From: Chiloscyllium plagiosum
Lineage: Eukaryota
DNA: 62,830 nt
NCBI RefSeq assembly: GCF_004010195.1
Contig: NC_057718.1
Span: 87,230,139-87,292,968 of the forward strand
Direction of reading: 5' to 3'
Under the pieces are notes generated by a model. That model saw only the letters and a program-made list of their open reading frames with translations, did not search any database and was not told the DNA's origin. This document shows, in pieces, positions 39,554 to 52,109 of the stretch (positions are counted from its first letter, which is position 1; every line of letters begins with the position of its first letter). The position numbers and the translations under genes are program-made.

Positions 39554-40671
39554 AAGGAAAGGAAAGAAAAGGGTAAACTGGGGTGGGGGGAGGGCAAAAC
39601 AACATCAATTAACTGTTACAATTTATCTAAGAGAGTCCAAAAATTCCTTGGCCTTCTCCGGTGTTCCGAAGTTGTACATGGAGTCTTCATGGCTAAAGCG
39701 TAGCGTAGCTGGGTAGCGCAAGGAGTACTGAATGTTTAAGTCCCTTAAATGCTTCTTCGCTTCGTCAAACTGCTTCCTCTTTCGGACCAAAGCTGGGGAA
39801 ATGTCCTGGAATAACATAATCTTGGATCCTTTATAAATCATGGCTTGCGGATCTTTCCCAAGATTTCTGGAAGCTTCCAAGAGCATCTGCCTCTCCTTGT
39901 AGCTCTGCAATCGGAACAGGACCGGGCAGGGGCGCTGGTTCAAGCCAGGCCCGTGCACTGCAACCCAGTAGGCCCATTCCACCCTTACCTGGCCTGATCC
40001 AGCCTCCAGATTTTACAGCTGTAGAAGCCACTGCTCGAGGAACACTGTAAGCTGGCCTTCTTCTTCCCGTTCGGGAAGGCCCAGCAAACGAATATTTTTT
40101 CGACAACCTCGATTCTCGAGGTCGTCGATGTGATTCTCTAAGGTCCGGACTCGCTGTTCGAGAGTCCAGACCCGATCCACGGCCAATTCTGCTATAGTCT
40201 TGGAGGTCGCGGCCTTTAGCTCCGCCCCTCCGACTCGGCGCTTGATTCTTCGATGTCTCGGTCGTGCTTTTGTAGCGCGGCCAAGAGTGAATTCCATCTC
40301 CTCCAGGACTCTTCGATGAAGGTGTCGATCTTTGCGTCGCGTTTGGAGATTATTTCCGCGAGGCTCGCCACCATCGGTAAGTCCCCCGGAGTGGCTGCAG
40401 ACGCCTCAGCTGCAGCTGGGGAGGGTGGGGGAGGGGCTCCTACCTGCTGAGAACTGCGGGCTCCTTTCCCCCTAATCATTTTTACAGGAGACTAGACTGT
40501 TTAAATTTAGTACTGAGCAACTAATTACATTAAGTAAAAACTATTTTAAATGATTTGGTAAGTGTGGTAGAGGCGGGTGGCCCACTTTGCCCAAGTATTG
40601 GGAGGAGCACTATAGACTCAAACTTGATGGGTCGCCACCATCTTGGATCTCCCTTCTAACTTGGCTTTCTA

Positions 40672-41884
40672 CTGAAGATTTGAAGCTCAGGTGTCGGTTG
40701 TCATAGTTGTGGGTATGTTCATTGAGCTGGGAAGTTGATTTGCAGATGTTTCGTGCCCTGTCAAGGTGACACATTTCATATTCAACAACCAAATATATGA
40801 ACAGATCAATGAAATGCCTGTGGGCTCAGCCATCTCCAGGCTCATAGCAGAAGCAGTGATGCAAAGACTGGAACAAACAGCCCTCCCACAAATCCAACCC
40901 AAACTCTTGATCAGATATATGGACGACACTTTTGTATTTATTAAGAGAACAGAAATCGAGAACAAAGACTGGATTATCAACACCATGTTCACAGAGATCA
41001 GATTTACAAGAGAGGAGGAAACCAACAATCAACTCCCACTCCTGGATGTGATGGTAAAAAGAACACAGAACAGGGAGTGCACCATAAAAGTGTACAGAAA
41101 AGCCACACACACCAACCAGATCCTGAACTACAACAGCAACCACCCAAACACACACAAGAGAAGCTGCACCAGGACCCTGTTCAAAAGAGCTGCACACTGC
41201 AGCACTCCTGACCTACAAAGAGAAGAAGAACACTTCTACAGAGTATTCGCCAAGAACAGATAGCCCTGCAATTTCATCCGCTGATACCTAACAGACAATC
41301 AATGCAACGAGGACATGCCAGAACTTAACTCAGCAGCCACGCTACCTTATATATAAAAAAATCTCAGAACTGACAGCCAGACTTCTCTGAGCACTCAAAT
41401 TCATGACAGTCCATAAAACAACAACTCAGACAACAACTCACCCAAACAAAACACCCGATACCCATCATGTGAAAGACAAACATATTTTACAAGATTCCAT
41501 ACAGAGACTGCATGAAACACCAAATAGAACAAACAGACGGACAACTAGCAATCCACATCCATGAACACCAACGAGCCACTAAATGCCATGACCAGCTGTC
41601 CCTCGTAGCCATATACACAGATGACAAGGACCACAAATTCGACTGGGACAACACAACAATCATAAGACAAGCTAAACAGAGGACAGGCAGGGAATTTCTA
41701 GAAGCACTCCATTAACAAGCACATTGACCTGGACCCAATATACCGGCCAATGCAATGAACAACCAGAAGCAGCAGGAATGGAACCAAATAAATTCCAGAA
41801 GACACAATACAGCAGCGCTTCACAGGAGGCTTCCAGCACTAAAGATGTCATCCAGACCATAAGACAGGACAAAATGTCTGCAAA
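40672..41884 (+). mobile_element. Penelope-like element of a second family (RT C-half + GIY-YIG) with inverted 5' terminal piece
   Basis: MPVGSAIS..AEAVMQRLE, RYMDDTF, LPLLDV, VYRKATHT; YKIP..DC; 11-bp TSD TTGGCTTTCTA at 40661-40671 and 41885-41895. Confidence 0.85.
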
Positions 41885-42194
41885 TTGGCTTTCTATTCTT
41901 TAGGCTTCCAGAAGCTGCTGTATCCGATTAGGCAGGGAGCTTACAAATCTTCATGCTGGGATTAGTAGCAGCCAGGAACCAACTCTCAGAAACATAGTTC
42001 AAAAAACAACTTTAATTCTGGTTCCACCTTGACAGACTGATTGACTCCTCCCAAAGGCTCAATTACCATTCCACAACTGCCAACAGCTTGAACATTGGGT
42101 ACTTTCCAGACTTGACAGAACCAATTCCCAGGTACCAACCTTATTAAAAACCAATTTCTGTTTTCTGTTTAAACACAATGCTCTAATTCTCAGA

Positions 42195-42378
42195 AAAACC
42201 CATCTGTTCACTAACGTCCTTTAAGGAAGGAAAATGCCATCCTTACCTGGTCGAGCTGACACGTGATTCTAGACCCACAGCAATGTAGTTGACTCTTACC
42301 TGCCCTCTGGGAAATTATGGATGGGCAATAAACTCTGGTCTAGCCAGTGATGCCCTCATCCCATGAATGAATAAAACA
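42195..42378 (+). mobile_element. SINE 3' half (family of 46360-46720)
   Basis: Direct homology; tail shared with the LINE at 1-570. Confidence 0.7.
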
Positions 42379-45238
42379 AATGGACAAATATACTGGTGAA
42401 GTAAATACCTTTTTTCTGCATTATCCTGGATCTCCTAGCCAGGTTTTTCTTTTTCCTTTCTTGTCAGTATCTCGAGTTTGTGGGCAGTCATATTCCATCA
42501 CAGTGGTAGCTGCCATTCAGTTGTATGCACTACATTTTCAATTTGTGTGAATGGATATTTATTCTTAATGGGCACTAAGCTGTGTTGTATTATATTGACT
42601 TTTCACTTTGATATGTTAATTCAGTGAGAGACTTTTTTTCACTCATATTATTGGTGCAATAGTGCTCGCATTATTGGTGAAACCAGTATTTCTGTGTTGC
42701 TTCCTGACTTCTGCTTCATTGATCATCTGACTGGCTTTCTGGAGAGTAAAATCTTCTTTTGACTATAATAAGTCTGACAAAGACCCATAGGCAATAAATT
42801 CCAACCTTAAATCTCCATCCTCACATTTTTCACTAATCATTAGTGATCATTAATGAAATTATCAATAGATCCTCCCAGATGTTTTTCTCTATTAAGTTTT
42901 GCTTATTCAAAATCTTCATTTGTTCTAAGGATAAGTGATTGTCAAAAGTTTTTAGAACTTCTTCTCAAATATCTATTGCTTATTTTTCCCCTCAATGAGC
43001 GACTTAATCACAAGTCTGGTCCCAGTCAAATACAAAAATGTTATTTGCTTGTTCAGTTTCTGATTTAGTATTCAATGTGGAAATAATTATGTATCTAATT
43101 GAAGGTGGAGGATCGGAAAAAATGTGGCTGTCAGAGCTTCTCCCTTTTTTGAGGTATTTTAGGTGTTGGAGATGATTTCCTTGAATTCCAGGAACAATAA
43201 TTGCTGTTTTATATACTGTTGCATTGTTTTGGAACTTTGGGGAAAGGAGGAAGACAGACAAAAGACAGCAACCACGTGGTCGGTGAGGGAGAGAGAGAGA
43301 AAGAAATCTACACAGCTAACTGACAGCAGTGAATCTGCACAGTTACTGCCTTGCTGTTTGAATTCATGTATCTCGGGATATACGAGTGCGTCTAGGAATA
43401 ATTTACAAAAAGCAAAATTCACAGCTGATCTTGGAGGAATCTGTGTGGGAGAGCTCACAGCACAGGAACAGATAGTGCATAATTTGCAAGTGTAACTTTG
43501 CTGTAAGTCTACAGTCGTGAGTAGAGTAGGTTCATTCTTGATTATATGTTTTATTGAGATCTGTATCTTGATTAAATTTTAATAATACAAGCCATAAGTA
43601 CAATGTTAGCCTGGAGAAATTTTTTTTAGAACAAAAAGACGGTGCTATTTTCTTGGTATGTAGGTTGTGAAGGAGCAAAGCTGGCCTTTAGTAGAGTGAT
43701 TTGTTCTACCTTTCGGATGTGGGAGTTTAGGTAGAGTTTCCATGTTACTGATGATTATGTCTGCAGAAAATGTTTTTGGTTGTGAATCCTATCAGATCAC
43801 GTGGATCAGTTGGAGTGGCAGTGTGAGGCAACAAGGAATTTACAAGAGCTGGGAGTGTGATTGCTGGCAGTTATAGAAAGGGAGAAAAGCCACAGATACA
43901 GTCAGGTAGGGGGTGGATTAATTCCAGGAAAGGTAAGAAGAGTAGGCAGGTAATGTAGGAGTCTCCTGTGGCTATCTTCATTTCAAACAAGTATGCTGTT
44001 TTGGAAAATGTAGAGGGTGATGGACTCTCAGGAGAATGTAGCATGAACAGCTACGTTTCTGGTATTGACACAGGTTCTAATGTAATGAGGGGTACATTGG
44101 GTTCCAAGCAATTGATTGTGATGGGGGACTCTCTAGTCAGAGGCATAGACAGGTGGTTCTGTGGCCAGTACTGAAAAATCAGGATGGTGTGTTGTCTCCC
44201 TGGTGCCAGGATCACGAATATCTCAGAGAGGGTGTAGAATGTTCTCAAAAGGGAGATGTACCAGCAGGAGGTCATTGTACACATTGGAACTAATGATATG
44301 GGAAGGGAAAACAATGAGATTTTGAAGGGAGAATACAGAGAGTTAGGCAAGAATTTAAAAAGGAGGTCCTCGAGAGTAGCAATATCTGGATTACTCCTGG
44401 TGCTACGAGCTAATGAGGGTAGCAATAGGAGGATAGAGCAGATGAATGCAGAGCTGAAGAGCTGGTGTATGGGAGAAGGATTCACATTTTTGGATCATTG
44501 GATCAGTAGAAGTGACCTGCACAAGAAGGGCGGATTGTAACTGATTTGGAAAAGGACTAATAAACTAGCAGGTAGATTTGGTAGAGCTGCCCGGGAGGAT
44601 CTAAACTAGTATGGCGGGAGGATGGGACCCAAGGAAATAGTGAGGAAAGAGATCAATCTGAGACTGGTACAGTTGGGAAAAGGAGCAAGTCAAACAGTCA
44701 GGGCAGGCGGGGACAAAGCAGAGAACAAGGTAGGACTGATAAATTAAACTGCATTTATTCAAATGCAAGAGGCCTAACAGGGAAGGCAGATGAACTCAGG
44801 GCGTGGTTAGGAACATGGGACTGAGATATCATAGCAGAAATGTGGCTCAGGGATGGACAGGACTGGCAGCTTAATGTTCTAGGATACAAATGCTATAGGA
44901 AGGATAGAAAGGGGGGGGGGGGGGCTAGAGAGGAGGGGGAGTGGTGGTTTTGATAAAGGATAGCATTACTGCTGTACTGATGATCACCCTATTGGGATTG
45001 TATTATAAACCCCCAATAGTCAGTGGGAAATTGAGAAATTTGTAAGGAGATTTCGGTTATCTGTAAGAATAATAAGGTGGTTATGCTAGGGGATTTTAAC
45101 TTTCCAAACATAGACTGGGACTGCCATAGTATTAAGGGTTTAGATGGAGAGGAATTTGTTAAGTGTATATAAGAAAATTTTCTGATTCAGTATGTGGATG
45201 TACCTACTAGAGAAGGTGCAAAACCTGACCTAATCATG

Positions 45239-45491
45239 TAGGAGAAAGTGAGGACTGCAGATGCTGGAGATCAGAGCTTAAAAATGTGCTGCTGGAAAAA
45301 CGCAGCAAGTCAGGCAGCATCAAAGGAACAGGAGAATTGACGTTTCGGACATAAGCCCTTCTTCAGGAGGGCTTATGCCTGAAAGAAGGGCTTATGCCCG
45401 AAGGGCTGAAGAAGGGCTTATGCCCGAAACGTCGATTCTCCTGTTCCTTTGATACTGCCTGACCTGCTGTGCTTTTCCAGCAACACATTTT
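45239..45491 (-). mobile_element. Palindromic PLE mini-insertion with a stuttered centre
   Basis: 13-bp TSD TGACCTAATCATG (45226-45238 / 45492-45504); inverted arms; agggcttatgcc repeated three times. Confidence 0.85.
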
Positions 45492-46359
45492 TGACCTAAT
45501 CATGGGAAATAACGCAGACTGAGGTGTCAGTTGGGGAGCACTTTGGGGCCAGGATCCATAATTCTATTGGTTTTAAAATGTGATGGAAAAGGATACACCA
45601 GATATAAAAGTTGAAGTTCTAATTTGGGGGAAGGCTACTTTTGATGGTATTAGGCAAGAACTTTCAAAAGCTGATTGGGGGCAGATGTTCACAGGTAAAA
45701 GGTTAGCTGGAAAATGGGAAGCCTTCAGAAATGAGATAATGAGAGACCAAAGGCAGTATATTCCTGTTAGGGTGAAAGGAAAGGCTGGTACTATACGGAA
45801 TACTTGATGATGAGAGAAGTTGAGGTTTTGGTTAAGAAAAAGAAGGAATCATATGTCAGGTATAGACAGGATAGATCGAGTGAATCCTCAGAAGAGTATA
45901 AAAGCAGTAGGGAGTATATTAAAGAGGGAAATCAGGAGGGCAAAAAGGGGACATGAAATTGCTTTGGCAAATAGGGTTAAGGAGAATCCAAAGGCGGTTT
46001 TACAAAAGGGTAACTAGGGAGAGAATAGGGCCCCTCAAAGATTAGCAAGGCAGCCCATGTGTGAAGCTACAGGAGATGGGGAAGATACTAAATGGGTATT
46101 TTGCATCACTGTTTACTGTGGAGAAGGACATGGAAGATATAGAATGTGAGGAAATAGATGGTGACATCTTGCAAAATGTCCATATTACTGAGGAGGAAGT
46201 GCTGGATGTCTTGAAATGCATAAAAGTGGATAGATTCCCAGGACCTGATCAGGTGTACCTTAGAACTCTGTGGGAAGCTAGGGAAGTGATTGCTAGGTCC
46301 CTTGCTGAGACATTTGTATCATTGGTAGCCACAGGTAAGGTGCTGGAAGACTGGAGGTT

Positions 46360-46720
46360 TTTTCTATATTCATATTCATTCACAGGCTGAGGGTGTTACT
46401 GGCAAGGCAGCATTTATTGCCCAGAGGACAGTTAAGAGTCAACCACATTGTTGCGGGTCTGCAGTCACATGTAGGCCACACCAGGTAAGGATGGCAGTTT
46501 CTTTCCCTAAAGGACATTAGTGAACCTGATGGGTTTTTCCGAGAATCAACTGTGGATTCATGGTCATCATTAGACTCTTAATTCCAGATATTTTTTCTTT
46601 TTTTAATTGAATTCAAATTCCACCATCTGCCATGGCAGGAGTCGAACCCAGGTCCCCAGAACATTACCTGGATCTCTGGATTAACAGTCCAGCAATAATG
46701 CCATTAGGCCATTGCCTCCC
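46360..46720 (-). mobile_element. Full-length tRNA-derived SINE inserted in CR1 ORF2
   Basis: A box TGGCCTAATGG, B box GGTTCGACTCC; (GAAT)n tail; AGGTT on both flanks, splitting the WR|LANV motif. Confidence 0.8.
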
Positions 46721-48200
46721 CTTAAATATAGGTTAGCTAATGTGATGGCACTATTTAAGAAAGGTGGTAAGGACAAGCCAGGGAACTATAGACTAGTGAG
46801 CCTGACGTCAGTGGCGGGCAAATTGTTGGAAGGAATCCTGAGGGACAGGATGTACATGTATTTGGAAAGGCAAGGGTTGATCAGGGATAGTCAGCATGGC
46901 TTTGTGCATGGGAAATCATGCCTCACAAACCTGATTGAGTTTTTTGAAGAAGTAACAAAGAGGTGTGATGAGGGCAGAGCGATAGACATGAGCTGTATGG
47001 ACTTCAGTAAGGTGTTCAGCAAGGTTCCTCGTGGTGGACCGGTTAGCAAGGTTAGATCACATGGAATACAGGCAGAACTAGCCATACAGAACTGGCTCAA
47101 TAATAGAAGACAGAGGGTGGTGGCAGAGGGTTGTTTTTCAGATGGAGGCCCATGACCAGTCATGTGCCACAAGGATTAGTGCTGGGTCCATTACTTTTCA
47201 TAATTTATATAAATGATTTGGATGTGAACATAAGAGGTATAGTTAGTAAATTTGCAGATGACACCAAAATTGGATGTGTAGTTGTCAACAAAGAATGTTA
47301 CCTCAAATTACAACAGGATCTTGATCAGATGGGCCATTGGGCTGAGGAGTGGCAGATGGAGTATAATTTAGATAAACGCAAGGTGCTGCATTTTGGAAAA
47401 GCAAATCTTAGCAGGACTTATCCACTTAATGGTAAGGTCCGAGGGAGTGTTGCTGAACAAAGAGACCTTGGAGTGCAGGTGCATAGCTCCTTGAATGTAG
47501 AGTCACATAAAGTTAGGATAGCGAAGAAGGCGTTTGGTATGCTTTCCTTTATTGGTCAATATAGGAGTTAGGAGGTCATGTTGCAGCTGTACAGGACATT
47601 GGTTTGGCCACTTTTGGAATATTACATGCAATTCTATCTCCTTCCTATCGGAAGGATGTTATGAAACTTGAAAGGGTTCAGAAAAGATTTACAAGAATGT
47701 CACTAGGGTTGGAAGATTTGAGCTATAGGGAGAGGCTAAATAGGCTGGGGGTTGTTTTCCCTGTAGCATTGGAGGCTGAGAGGTGGCCTTGTAGAGGTTT
47801 ATAAAATCATGAGGGGCATGGATAGGATAAATAGACAAGGTCTCTTCCCTGGGGTGAGGGAGTCCAGAACTCGAAGACATAGGTTTAGGGTGAGAAGGGA
47901 AAGATTTAAAAGGGACGTAAGAGGCAACAGAGGGTGGTACGTGTATGGAATGAGCTGCCAGAGGAAGTGGAGGAGTCTGGTACAATTACAGCATTTAAAA
48001 GGCTTCTGGATGGGTATATGAATAGGAAGGGTTTAGATGAATATGGGCCAAATGCTGGCAAATGGGACTAGATTAGGTTAGGATATCTGGTCGGCATGGA
48101 CAAGTTGGACCAAAGGGTCTGTTTCCGTCCTGTACATCTCTATGACTCTCAATTAAGAACAATTTTTTTTTCTGTGATGTCCACCTTTATGTTCTATTTG

Positions 48201-49403
48201 TCGAGAGTGTGGTGCTGGCAAAGCACAGCAGGTCAGGCAGCATCTGAGGAGCAGGAGAATCGACATTTCAGGCATATGCCCTTCATCAGGAACAAGGAAG
48301 ATGAAGGTGAAGGAGAAGGTGATAGGTCAGAGAGGAGGGTGGAGTGGATAGATGGGAAAGGTCAGGACAGGTCAGGAGCGCGGTGCCGAATTGGAGCTTG
48401 GGACTGGGATATTGTGGGGGGAGGGGAAATGATGAAACTGTTGAAATCCACATTGATCCTGTATGGTTGCAGGGTCCTAAGGCAGAATATGAGACATTCT
48501 TTCTCCAGGCGTCAGGTGGTTAGGGCTTGGTAATGGAGGAGGCCCAGGACCTGTATGTTCTTGACAGAGTGGAGGGGGGGGGGGATGTTGAAGTGTTCAG
48601 CCATGGGGCGGTGGGGTTGTTTGGTGCTGGTGTCCCAGAGATGTTCTCTGATCCGCAAGTAGGCGTCCTGTCTCCCCGATGTAGAGGAGACCACATCGGG
48701 TGCAACGGATGCAGTAAGTGACATTGTGAAGGTAGAGGTAAGTTTCTGTTAGATGTGGAAGGATCCTTTAGGGCCTTGGATGGAGATGAGGGGAGTGGTG
48801 TGGGCGCAGGTTTTGCACTTCCTGTAGTGGGAGGGGGAAGGTGCCAGGAATGGGGTGTGGGCTGGTGAGGGGTGTGGACCTGACAAGGGAGTCGCGGAGG
48901 GAATGGTCTCTCTGAAACACTGATCAGATGGGAAGGGAAATATATCTCTAGTGGTGGGGTCCCTTTATAGGTGGAGGAAGTGGTGGAGGATGATGCGATG
49001 TATGTGAAGGTTGGTGGGGTGGAAAGTGAGGACCGGGGGATTCTGTCCTCTTTGTGCTGGGAGGGATGGGGTTCAAGGGCAGTGGTGCAGGAAGTGGAGG
49101 AGATGCACTGGAGGCCATCATCGACCACGTGGGAAGGGAAATTGCGATCTTGGAAGAAGGAGGCCATCTGGGATTTTCTAAAGTAGAATTAGTCATCCTG
49201 GGAACAGATGCGGATGAGGCGGAGAAATTGGGAATAAGGGATGGCATTTTTTCAGGAGGTGGGAGGAGGTTCGCTCATTCCTGATGAAGGGCTTATGCCC
49301 AAAAATTCGATTCTCCTGCTCCTCCGATGCTGTCTGATCTTATGTGCTTTTCCAGCACCTCACTCTTGACTCTGATCTCCAGCATCTGCAGTCCTCACTT
49401 TCC
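48201..49403 (-). mobile_element. Penelope-like element: GIY-YIG body on minus strand flanked by inverted terminal repeats
   Basis: CIRCTRCGLLYIGETG; imperfect 17-bp TSD cctttatgttctatttg / cctttgtgttctacttg; decayed hammerhead cores at both ends. Confidence 0.85.
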
Positions 49404-49640
49404 CCTTTGTGTTCTACTTGGCCCATCTCTGAAATTAAATATTCCTGTAAAATATTATGTCTGCTGTCAAACCTTGCTAATGTAATTCTTATTTCCCTTG
49501 CTTTAAAGGCTTTCAATACTGCAGTATAAAAATGTTGCTGCTATATACTGCTGTATCAAAAGCTTTTCTGAAATTTATGCAGTCAAAATGGAGGATTAAT
49601 TTTATGAGTAAAATGGAGGATTCACACTTTCTTTGCAGTT

Positions 49641-49940
49641 GCAATAAATTATTCCCATTTAATTAACAGCTTTGCTGAGTGACTCCTGTTGCCTGTGGCT
49701 TTAATGAAGAATTCTTGTTCTCTTAATGTCTTCATTCTGTGACACCTGCGGTCTAGGGTCTTAATAAATGATTCCTGCTTCCTTAACGGTTTTAAGGCAA
49801 TGACTCCCACTGCCTTGGCTTTAATGAATGATTCCAACTTTAATCAGAGTTTTACTAAATGATTCCTGTTGGGTGCAATGTAAATAAATGCTTCTTACCT
49901 TTATTGCAGTTTAAGTAATGGACCTCTCATATTTGCTGTA
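49641..49940. repeat. Degenerate minisatellite, 60-bp period made of two ~30-bp subunits
   Basis: ttaat(g/a)aatgattcc-like motif at 49701, 49761, 49821, 49881; tgactcc-like motif in alternate units. Confidence 0.6.
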
Positions 49941-50249
49941 ACTTCGATAGTTTCTGAACTTTATACTTCCATTAAACTTTGTTTCTTTCTTCTAATTTCC
50001 TCCTTTACTGGCTTAATTCGGGATTTGTAATATTCCCAGCTCTACAATATTGTTTTAAATTGCAAAAGGCATGGTTTTGATGCATTTGAATATCTACAGA
50101 ACACTACATCCACTGGTTCCCCCTTATATGCCTTAGTAATTAAATCCTCAGAGAAGTGAATAGGCACTCAGTAGAAAGTATATCTCTGCCATGCTATGCT
50201 AACACATTACAATTATGCAGGTCTTCCTTGACGCTTTTCCCTGCATTAC

Positions 50250-50797
50250 TGTGGTGTAAAATTATGTCCCAATACATGTGTGAATCATTATGCAACACAT
50301 GTATTGGGCCAAGCAGTGGAATGTGGTGAAAGGGTTAAAATTGTGTCCCAATACATGTGTGAATCTAACCGAAAATGGAAGGTGTCGCTTAGTCCCGTGT
50401 GAATCTTGTTATACACCTTCCCGTGTGAATCTTCTTATCTGTATGTAACCAGAATGGAATGTGTCTTTTAGCCTTGCTCTGCTGTTCACATGAATGTTTA
50501 TATCTGGAAAAGGGTATATCAGCTGGAGAAGTCTCCAGTTCGGTAGAGTCTGCTCCGGGGTTACGTTTAACCGCCGAGCGTGGGTTGTTGGCAACCGCTC
50601 TACGAGAACTGACGGCTCCCAGTTTTGGTAACATGTAGAGTGAGTATAAGCCAGACCCGTTGTAAGTACGAGACTGGTTGTGGGGACACTGCGGGGAATA
50701 AAACTATATTCTAGCAGACTCGCCTCTTGGCTGTTTGTTCTGTGTCAGACTACTTTCCTGCGAGCCTGGTCCTTGACCTTGAGAATTTTTTAAAACA
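50250..50797 (+). mobile_element. Solo LTR, 548 bp
   Basis: TG...CA termini; perfect 5-bp TSD ATTAC (50245-50249 / 50798-50802); TATAA ~50645; AATAAA ~50697; CpGs retained. Confidence 0.8.
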
Positions 50798-51127
50798 ATT
50801 ACTGATGTTTCCATTTCACTGAGGCTTCAAGCCAACCCAAGTCCAACAACCTGCAGTGAAAACTCTGTCACGTTTGATGACTGTAACAAATTTTACCACA
50901 GTACCTGAGACACTCCAGAACATTCTAAAACAATCAGTAACTTTGTAAATTTAATACCCATAACCCAAGCATAATATTCTTTTAAAAATACTTAATTTTC
51001 CCCTATCGCTGTTAATATTTTCCATTCCTGTGTTTGTCCAGTTCTCTTCTAAATGTTGCTATTGAATGTCTTCCTAGCTTCCTTTCATGCCATGTATTCT
51101 AGATCATCATAACTCATTGTGTACAAA

Positions 51128-51338
51128 GTTAAAAATCACACAACACCAGGTTATAGTCCATCAGGTTTAATTAGAAGCACACTAGCTTTCGGAGCGACGC
51201 TCCTTCATCAGATGGTTGCCTGATGAAGGAGCAACGCTCCAAAAGCTAATGTGCTTCTAATTAAACCTGTTGGACTATAACCTGGTGTTGTGTGATTTTT
51301 AACTTTGTACACCCCAGTCCAACACCGGCATCTCCAAA
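51128..51338 (+). mobile_element. Palindromic PLE mini-insertion (third family) inside a decayed CR1
   Basis: 14-bp TSD TCATTGTGTACAAA; cores CTGATGA-A-GGAGC gtc GCTCC-GAAA-GCTA at 51183-51211(-) and a mutated copy at 51220-51248(+). Confidence 0.85.
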
Positions 51339-52109
51339 TCATTGTGTACAAAATGTGTTAATGGCAACAACCCATTTTCTTAATCTCTTATTCCACGTAC
51401 TATCCTTCCTGAACATATGGGCCCAAAATTGAATGTAATACTCCAGATGAGGCTTAATAGGTATTTTACAAAGGTTTGGCATGATTTCATTGCTATTGTG
51501 CTGTATTAAGAGAAACAAGGAGCCTATTTTCTTTTTTAACAGCCTATTCAATTGCCCAGTCACTGTTAAAGGTTTACCAAACCTAAGAGCAATAGCAGAA
51601 TTAAAAGTGATGTTGGCTTTAAGAGCAAAAGGTGAATATAGTTATGCCATTATATAGGAGCAACAGACCTGCTATCCTTTCTGGTTCTTTACCTTTCTTT
51701 TCTCCTTTAAGAAATTTGTGAAAGGCTAATTTTTTGACCACTTTTAATATCGTTTACTGTCAAATCTTGCTGTGTATCACTCTGTTGAAATGCCTTAGGA
51801 TGATTTATTAATTTAAAGGCATTAGTTAAATGCAAGTTGTTTGTATTTTTGTATCTTCAATTATGTATTTTCTGTGACTCTATGACAAGGCTTCCCAAAC
51901 TCTATATACTAATATTCTACTCCCAACATCATGAGCTGTTACCCTATTAAGTAGGCCAGCATGAAGTACTTCATTGAATGCCTGTTGCAAATCCAAATAT
52001 ATTACATCTAATGGTTTCCCTTTATCTATCTACTTCCTCAGAAAATTCTAATAAATTTGTCAGCCATGATTCCCTCTTCATGATACCATGCTGACTCTGC
52101 TTCATTATA

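Larger units (their letters stand above)
37700..40653 (-). mobile_element. L1 with ORF1 (39623-40479, frameshifted) and internally deleted ORF2; spans the gap and a CR1 piece
   Basis: IDDLENRGCRKNIRLLGLPE; YSLRYPATLR; EN start WNVTG...LLQESHL joined near 38095 to an ORF2 C-terminus-like segment (K.W.PFL.Y) and 3' UTR. Confidence 0.8.
43130..48148 (+). mobile_element. Near full-length HER1-like CR1 LINE (ORF1 zinc finger + SGNH esterase; ORF2 EN-RT), inactivated
   Basis: IVMGDSLVRG, VHIGTND; NARGL..KADEL, GDFN; PGPDQVY; SQHGFVHGKSCLTNL; MDFSKVF; VPQGLVLGPLLF; KFADDTK; tail ctctatgactct. Confidence 0.9.

Noticed and set aside
9488..51338. Recurring palindromes as CRISPR, REP or terminator elements
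   Set aside because: Vertebrate context, dispersed, each with a TSD and matching PLE termini; no spacer array or cas genes.
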